A DNA stretch of 64,000 nt from Nymphaea colorata (Eukaryota): positions 19,778,001-19,842,000 of the forward strand of contig NC_045138.2 of assembly GCF_008831285.2 (NCBI RefSeq). The letters are read 5' to 3'. This document shows positions 56,121-64,000 of this stretch, piece after piece; the first letter of the stretch is position 1; each line of letters starts with the position of its first letter. The notes under the pieces are model-generated. The model saw only the letters and a program-made list of their open reading frames with translations, made no database searches and was not told where the DNA came from. The translations under genes and the position numbers were made by a program.

Positions 56121-59100
56121 TTAGCGCCATCTGAACAAGCCAACTCTACTATTGCTAACTGCAGTTTCTCCAGATGAATCTGACCCGCTTCCTACACTCT
56201 CCTCTGGGCTGTCCTCTGGCATAATTTGAATTCGATTTGCATTCTCAATGATCCATTCAGAAAATTCCGGTGAAGAAGCCCACTCTCTCATGGCTTCTCT
56301 TGTTGATTCACGCGTGAAATCCTCCCATTCTTTCTTTGAGAACCTCTTCCTTGCTGGAGTTTTATGGAAAGTGGAGTAGTAGCTGGAATCGACCAGACTT
56401 GTGCTCTTAGATGATGATGACGATATCAACCCTTTAATAGTGAAAAGAGAGAGAAGGAAAAAAAAAAAAAATCAGATGTGCACAAGGGTGAGAAAATAAA
56501 TAGCACTCTTTAACTACAACTCTGACCCAGACAAGGGTGTCCAATTTTATAAAACATAGATTTTGTCCACGCCAATACAGATGCAATAACACATAACTGT
56601 TAACCATCTCCTGTGTTCAAGCTCACGTTGTAAGTCTTTGGAGCTCGAAGGCCCCATATTTACACCAAGTACCTTGAGCCGCAGACTAGATAGCAAGTAG
56701 TTGCATTCAGTTGGGGAGCATTTGCATGACCTGAAGCCAGCCCCGTATCCTCCGGCCAGGATGGATTGGTTGCAGACCATATCAGGGTCTAAGGCAACTA
56801 ACTACCCACCACAAGCACAGGGGGTTCTTGCTCACCATTAGAAAAGTAAAAATGGACCAATCTGACATTCAGAAGACTCAGTGCATCTTTGTTGTTCATG
56901 ACAAATGATAAAAGCAGGCTAAAGACATCGTCTGACATGCTAATGTGGGAAAAAAAAAAGAACCTGTATCATGTCTAGGAAACTAAAAAGAATATGAGGC
57001 AGACAGTAAACCTTTAACAGGAGAGTCAGACAAAGCATATGGAGACTTCATGCTCTCCTGATGGCTGATGAATCGTGTCACACTTTTTCCAGCCCCTGAA
57101 CCCAGCTTTGATGGCCTGCTGAGGAATTCTGCTCGATTTTGATATGGAGATGTATGTTTTACTCCTGGGCGCCACAGACTGCGATTTGCTAACCGTGCTT
57201 GTGACCTGAAAACCACAGTTACCAATGTCAATAAGAATAAGAAAGAAGCATTAAACTTGAAAAGAACATCAGATTACTAACCCTTTCTTTGCCTTGGATG
57301 AAATAATCAAGCACAAAGCAAGAGAAGAAACCACAGCTGCAAGTGCTAAAGGAGTATCATAAGAACTCTGGCAGAAAAAAGGAGCAACAGAAGAATATGG
57401 TCAATCTAATCTAAGCTAAAGGACAAGACAAAGCTGACACACATATGTTCATGGTTTTTTATTTTTTTGCAGTCAAAGAACAAAATGTTGATAATCATAC
57501 ACAGGCATGCATAATCATACACAGGCATGCTTTGTACTCATCTATTTATTGGTATTAGCAGCCCAGTGAAACAACTTGAACATCATTATGGACCCAGAAA
57601 AGCAAGAGCTGGGCTGCAGCATGGCCATCTAAAAACAACACAACACCACAGAGAAGTGCATGCATGGGCATGGAGACATGGAACCAAATATTGGGTGTTC
57701 AAACAAAACACACAAAGAGAATTTCAAAATATTTCATAAAACCTCATATAGACACACACAAACAGTACTTTTAAAATATTCCCAAAGCCACACTTAACTT
57801 TTGAATGAACAGCAGACGCTTAAGTATGAATTATGAATACCTTACATTTAGACGCTTGAATTACAAAATAAGCATTCATGTGAAAATTTTGAAACTTACA
57901 CATGCTCTGGTCATTTCAATGGAAGTTAGGTGCCTTTCAAAAACATATGCAACGCAAAGAAACACAGATCAAGAACAAACCTCAAAAATAAAAAGCACCC
58001 CAATAATTCGCATTGCCCATTTCACAAATTGAGCTACACCAATATCAACACTCCCATCAGATGAGAGAACAAATTTCCGCACACCCCAATAACCCAATCC
58101 AGCTCCTGCGAGAAGAATTCCCACAAATACAAACAATGATACCTGTAAATTGTAGTGAGAGGAGAAATATCAACAAGCAACAATTGAATAGTGTTGCTTC
58201 AAAACAAAGCAATAAAGCATGAATAGAAATACAAACTTGTGAAAAGGCCAAAAAGGGTAAACTTGACATATTAATGAAATCCATGCAAATCCTTAAAGCT
58301 TGTGAGTGCATACACACATACTAAGGACAAATGGATCCAATCTGACTTACCAGCCTAGGGGTTTTGTCCATTTTTTCCATCTCTTTATTAAGATGACAGA
58401 TTTAATAAACATTCAGCGGCAACCTATTGTGCCACCAACATGAAATGCAAACCAGGCTTGTCTCTGTTCAGTCCCTAATGGTCCCCACAAACATAGATGC
58501 ATTCATTTGCTTAAACTCAACAAGACATAACAAACACATATACAAACATGCACCAAACACAAAAACAATATTCTGGCCAGGTTGGAAGCATTGTCATATA
58601 TATCGTGTACAGGTATAATTTATACGGCAAGGAATTTCTCGGGTATAATATGGCAAAATTATATATCTCGGGAAAATCTTAGCAAATTTTAAAAAAAAAT
58701 TAAAACATTTAATAAATCCTGAAAATAATAAATTAATAAAAATACGAAAAAAACACGTATAGTACGTTTTTTTTTTTTTTGCGTTTCCTAAAAAAGATGA
58801 GTCTAAGACTCTAAATGCTGCTCTATACGGCTGACTTATTTTTCGTGTATTTAACGTGTGTGTTTTTGACTAATACGCATTTTCTGTGACAATGATTGGA
58901 AGCATGATGCATTCCTCAACATCATTTGTCAAAAGAGATAGATGGTTTAATCAACCCATGACAAACATGCCAGACCAAAAGCACATTCAGCTAAAACCAA
59001 TGATGCCTTCGCTGGCATCTGCAACATTCCGTATTGAAACAAAGGAAGTAGAGGAATCACGTAACCCAGTAATATAGTAAGCTCAATGGCAATGACTCGT

Positions 59101-59541
59101 GTTGTTTCTTCTTCTACTCGGAAACATGAAACTAGGATCATTTGCTCCATAGAATTTTCACCAAACCTATATAACTTTTCAAATAAAAAATTCTATAGAA
59201 ATTAGATCAGCCAGTGAAATTGACCAAACAAATAAAAAGGCTGATCAACCTGGGGCAAGGTCACATATCTAACTATACCTTGCATGATTCTGTAGCCTTA
59301 CCGGATTATGCATCTCTTGGCTGAGCCCAAAACTCTCAAGGATGGAATTAACAACCATGGAAAAATAATGTGCAATATAAGATCCAATGCCAACCTGATA
59401 AAATTAACAATGCATAATTAGTTATTCATGATGAAATCAATTCAAAATGCAGCAGTATACAAGAAAACCCAAACTTACCAAAGATCCATATATAGCCAAG
59501 TAAAAGGCACTTTTTCTACCAGTTGGCAACAACTTCATGCC
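56121..59541 (-). CDS. PNET2: NEMP1-like inner nuclear membrane protein (DUF2215, plant PNET2 family), 5'-partial; exons 59541-59479, 59394-59302, 58142-57981, 57367-57282, 57205-57012, 56431-56121
   Basis: GMKLLPTGRKSAFYLAIYGSL, FGLSQEMHNP, YWGVRKFVLSSDGSVDIGVAQFVKWAMR, SSYDTPLA, RAEFLSRP, YYSTFHKTP...WASSPEFSEWIIENANRI. Exons join in frame with GT-AG borders. Confidence 0.88.
58589..58894. mobile_element. hAT-type MITE (306 bp) in a PNET2 intron
   Basis: TIRs CATTGTCA ... TGACAATG; TSD GTTGGAAG (58581-58588) / ATTGGAAG (58895-58902). Confidence 0.75.
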
Positions 59542-61822
59542 CTACAAAGGAATGAGGTGCCAATATCAAAAGGCTTGTTCATGAGACACATGAATGTCAA
59601 TCAGTTAAAGTTTAAGATATTTCCTGTTACAATCACACACTTGGCATATCGCGAGGAGAAACATTGAGACGAAACAAAGATTAGAATTGCATTTATAATT
59701 GATATGTAATAATTATACTTTTAGTGTTTAGAAGTAGTTTGTGATTTAAACAGAAGCAATCTAACTTATTCTCATAAAAAGAGGCAGCACCAAATGTGAG
59801 AAGATGTCCAAGGATACAAAATAGATTTTTGTCCCAAACAAGCAAAGAAATGAAAATTTCAAAAATAAGCAACCCAATGTTTGATAATTTTACAAAATCA
59901 CACCTGACAATAAAAAAAATCACATTTCACCTCCTAAATAATATTTATCAAAAAACCACCTCAAAGATGGCCACCATTGGGAAATGTTAAGCAGTGTTAT
60001 ACCCTCACTCTTTTTTAACATTTTCTACCCTTTCTGCACAACAGCTATTGATTACACAGTTAAATCAATTTCATTGTCCATAGATAAGCATCAAAAGGTG
60101 AAAACAATTACATAAAAGATAATGAAGGAAAATCCAAGCATGATTCTGGAAAGAGAAGCAAGGAATGTTCTCAACTGGTGACAGTCAAGCAGATATTTGA
60201 GTAGGTAAACCTCAATAGACAAATGAAAGCTCAATCATAAGTGCCTGTTGGGGTTAACATCTACAACATTGAGGATATCCCTCCCCTTCTTCCTATCACC
60301 CTTTTCCTTCTTCAGCTGCCACTCACCAACTACCAGCATCTGAACTAAAGCGGGAAAAAGTGTGGATCTAAACTAAATAGAAATTAGTGTACTTACCCAT
60401 CCTTTTTCCAGGAAATATATGCATGAGAATCTTAGTACTCTTATTCCTCATGTTCTAAACAAATTTCTTCTTAAGGATTCGCTATAATTTGATCCAACAA
60501 TGATTCATTTTAAAAATGCTAGTTTTCAAGAAACCGCTCAAGTTTTAGCAAAAGAGCAGTTCAAAATTCATTCATAGTTGAGTCAAGTGAATAAATGGAT
60601 AGAGCTATATAGCTCCAATCATATAGAAAAACCAAAAGCAACTTTTGTAAAAGGATCAATCTTTGAGCATGCTTTAGTAAATTGTTCCCAAGAAAATAAG
60701 CAAACAGATGTTCAAAATGACTAGAAACCTCCAACATGTTCCCCCTTATTGCTTATTTTATCATGAGTAATTGTGAGAGAAAAAACCAGTTTCACATCCA
60801 TTCAGAAAACTCTGGTTTCTAACCACCTGACCCAGAAAGATTGGTTCTGCAGGTTCTTGTCCCCCTTCTTAACTACCAAGTGACCAGAAGAAAAAAAAAA
60901 AAAAAAAACACACTCCCATTCACTACCAACTTTTTCATGCCTCCCCAAAGTAAAAGACTAGGAGATTTCACATAAATGAACCAAATGACATTTGAAAATT
61001 TTCAATAGTAATAGCTCATTGATTTTCAATAGCTATGATGAACTGTCCACAAGACTGGTAGTTGTTGCTTTATGATGCTTACTCAGATGGAGGCCATTCT
61101 CAGAGTCATGTCAATCTATGGAGATTTTCCTGATGAATATTCTGAAGAGTTAGACAAAAGGAATGACATCTCAAATGGTTTGCATCAGGTGGATGACTAA
61201 GCTAAAGTAGCAGCAAGGGTTTAATGTTTTAGACCATGTTAATAAAATAATTACTAATTAGAGGATTTCACCGTGTTGCTAACATCTAATGCACTCACGT
61301 TTAGATAAAGAAACACAGGACCCTTTTCTTCATCAGCAACAAATTTTTAGAATTGATTGGTTCAAAATGAAAATTCTAACAATAAGATTTATATAAAAAC
61401 TTCATAAGTACCTTAATTTATTGAAGACTCAACAAAGATTATGTGCTTTGAAGCTGGAGATTCGCTCACCATTAATGTTCAGAAGCTGGTAACATCAGTG
61501 GTTAAAAACTCGATGAGTCAACTTGTTGACTCAGCTTGACTCGACCCCTGCTGAGCTAGGTCACTGTGTTACAGCTAAATAGCCCACGTACCCATGTCGA
61601 CCAGGAAGCAGGTACAGCGACACAGTTGGATACGTTTTGGATAGATCCAAAACATATGAATTTAATAAATAAGCATCCCCCGACTCCTACCCCTTGCTCT
61701 ATCGAGTTTCTCACCTTCACTTTTGCATAAAAATTGGCCACCAGAATCTATGAGACAGGATCCTCGCTCATCGGCAGACGACGACTGGCCATGAATGGTG
61801 GAAGTTGGCAGCAGTAAGGCAC

Positions 61823-62169
61823 CTATGTCACATGGGTGCGGGTACGATACGGGTACGGACACGGCAATTTTGAAAATTTTGGATACACGGATATGGCAAA
61901 TTTAATATTCTCAAAAATGATAAAATGAAAAAAAAAAAACATGAAATTAATAGTTCACTTTTACAATATGGTAAGAAAGTTTGTTTATCACAAAAGTGTT
62001 GAGTATTTGAAAGGATTGCTCATGGAAATAATTGGATGCATCACAAAAAAATGATAAAATGAAAAAATAAATAAATAAATAGTTTATTTTTTGGTGTGTC
62101 CCCACCCATGTCCCATACCCATATCCGCATGTCGGCGTGCCAGAGCGGGTATGTGGGCTATATGACAAG
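61823..62169. mobile_element. Degenerate MITE with GGGTAC/GTACCC-type subterminal motifs
   Basis: CTATGTCACATGGGTGCGGGTACG at left, CCCATACCCATATCCG...TATGACAAG at right; no TSD. Confidence 0.45.
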
Positions 62170-62259
62170 CAGCTTTCAAGCCCTTGTCTCAAATCAGGTG
62201 TTATATGACAAATAGACCATGCTTTCTATGACCAGATCTTCTAGTCAAATTACTCAAAC

Positions 62260-64000
62260 TGTAGAGATACGAACAAGAAGAAGAGGAAGAGAAGCAATGA
62301 TCACGATGTAACGTGGAAAACCCTCGACACGAGGGAGAAAAAACCACGAATGAGGAGGAGTTGGTGCCCACTAGCAGCCAGACTCTCTCTCTCTTAAGAT
62401 TATCATTAACTCTTAAGGATTAGGGTTACATGACTTAAGTAGAGCCCAAAACGGGCTACAAGGCGGGTCGGGTATGGATCCGGACCCGAAACCCACAATC
62501 TATCAACACTCCCCCTCAAGTTGGGCGTACATATCAAACATGCCCAACTTGGATACATTCCTCTCAAATGAAGCTGAAGGAAGAGCTTTCGTCAGAACAT
62601 CAACAGTTTGGTCTTCAGACTTCATGTAAGGTAAGATCAACTCTTTCGCATCAATCCTTTCCCGAATGAAGTGACGATCAATTTCAACATGTTTTGTTCT
62701 GTCGTGAAGTACAGGATTGTTGGCTAAGTTGATTGCAGACTTGTTATCACAATACATCTTCATAGGTCCTTCAATCTCTATTCCAATGTCAGTCAACAAT
62801 ATCTTCAACCATAATAACTCTGACACTCCCATAGCAACTGCCCTATATTCTGCCTCTGCACTGGATCTAGAGCAAACATCCTGTCTCTTGCTCCTCCATA
62901 CAACAAGGTTTCCTCCCAAGTAGACACAGTACCCTGTAGTGGATCGTCTGGTATCACCACAACCTGCCCAATCCGCATCAGAATAGCCCTCGATTTCCAC
63001 AGTCTCTTGTTTCACATACAGGAGTCCCTTACCAGGATTTTTCTTCAGGTAGCATAGCACTCTGTCCACAGCCTTCAGATGTGCATCGATTGGCGCATGC
63101 ATGAATTGGCTCAAAACATTCACCGCAAAGGTGATATCAGGTCTCGTGAGGATAAGATAAATTAGCTTCCCAACCAAACGTTGATATCTTCCCTTGTCTT
63201 CTTCACAGAGAGGCTCTCCATCTCTAAGACTCAACTTGTGCCCAGTGTCAAAAGGGGTAGGAGTAGGTCTACATCCCAATTTACCAGTTTCTTCCAGCAG
63301 GTCTAATGTATATTTCCTTTGGTTTAGTACAAGACCAGTACTAGACCTAGCAACCTCCATACCAAGAAAATACCTTAGTTTTCCAAGATCTTTGAGGTCG
63401 AATTCTGTAGCCAGTAACCCTTTTAGCTTGATAATCTCCTCCTCATCATCTCCAGTAACAATCATGTCATCTACGTAGACGAGCAGGAGAGTAACCTTGC
63501 TCTCCTTCTTCTTCACAAACAGAGTGTGATCTCCATTTCCTTGTTTGTATCCATGACGTATCATCACTCTTCTCAGTCGTTCAAACCACGCTCTGGGCGA
63601 TTGCTTAAGGCCATACAATGCCTTTTTCAGCTTACAACACATTTCTGGTTTTTCATATCCTGGAGGCATATGCATATATACTTCTTCTTCGAGGTCACCA
63701 TTGAGGAATGCATTCTTAACATCCAGTTGATACATCTTCCACTCCTTCATCACAGCTAGGGATATAACCACCCTCACAGTCTTCATTTTCGCAACAGGAG
63801 CAAAGGTTTCCAAGTAATCAATTCCATATTTCTGGCTAAACCCCTTGGCCACAAGTCGAGCTTTATATCTTTCAACACTCCCATCTGGTTTGTACTTGAT
63901 GGTATACACCCATTTGGATCCAACTAGGTGAGCGGCTTCAGGAATCTTCACCACTTCCCATGTCAAGTTTCTTCTTAGGGCATCTATTTCTTCTTTCATT
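62260..64000 (-). mobile_element. Ty1/Copia LTR retrotransposon, 3' part; 3' LTR 62260-62508, PPT about 62509-62517
   Basis: Minus strand: PPT GAGGGGGAG directly precedes TGTTGATAGA...TATCTCTACA (TG...CA, 249 bp); pol ORF upstream. Confidence 0.93.
62503..63999 (-). CDS. Copia pol: reverse transcriptase and RNase H, 5'-partial
   Basis: YKARLVAKGF, QLDVKNAFLNG, LKKALYGLKQSPRAW, YVDD, YSDADWAG, SSAEAEYRA, RTKHVEIDRHF; 498 codons with no stop. Confidence 0.97.
   Translation of the reverse strand: MKEEIDALRRNLTWEVVKIPEAAHLVGSKWVYTIKYKPDGSVERYKARLVAKGFSQKYGIDYLETFAPVAKMKTVRVVISLAVMKEWKMYQLDVKNAFLNGDLEEEVYMHMPPGYEKPEMCCKLKKALYGLKQSPRAWFERLRRVMIRHGYKQGNGDHTLFVKKKESKVTLLLVYVDDMIVTGDDEEEIIKLKGLLATEFDLKDLGKLRYFLGMEVARSSTGLVLNQRKYTLDLLEETGKLGCRPTPTPFDTGHKLSLRDGEPLCEEDKGRYQRLVGKLIYLILTRPDITFAVNVLSQFMHAPIDAHLKAVDRVLCYLKKNPGKGLLYVKQETVEIEGYSDADWAGCGDTRRSTTGYCVYLGGNLVVWRSKRQDVCSRSSAEAEYRAVAMGVSELLWLKILLTDIGIEIEGPMKMYCDNKSAINLANNPVLHDRTKHVEIDRHFIRERIDAKELILPYMKSEDQTVDVLTKALPSASFERNVSKLGMFDMYAQLEGEC

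Noticed and set aside
56590..56840. GC-richer block in the last PNET2 intron as a structured ncRNA
   Set aside because: No match to SRP, snRNA or snoRNA motifs that I can recognise; probably a repeat remnant.

Overview
Plant (angiosperm) nuclear DNA, AT-rich and intron-rich; no prokaryotic or CRISPR features. Six protein-coding genes were reconstructed exon by exon: the 3' part of plastid polynucleotide phosphorylase (+, 500-10175, 5' end left of window), biosynthetic threonine deaminase OMR1 (+, 19207-23320), spliceosomal MFAP1 (+, 26720-28312), a CAT2-type cationic amino acid transporter (-, 32602-37525, one GC-AG intron), a BPM4/5-type MATH-BTB protein (-, 49200-53880) and the 3' part of a NEMP/PNET2 (DUF2215) nuclear envelope protein (-, 56121-59541). 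A Ty1/Copia element with an intact RT-RNase H frame and a 249-bp 3' LTR occupies 62260-64000 and appears to sit in a PNET2 intron. Non-coding space holds several hAT-type MITEs with 8-bp TSDs, tRNA-derived SINE copies, microsatellites and local duplications. The most unusual items are a 5 x 56-bp tandem array that looks like an amplified SINE/tRNA head, an orphan NEK kinase fragment whose middle exon is replaced by a (TA)n run, and a foldback with two competing right arms. I see no convincing evidence of a new multi-gene system. All homology calls are from recognition of motifs, not database searches.
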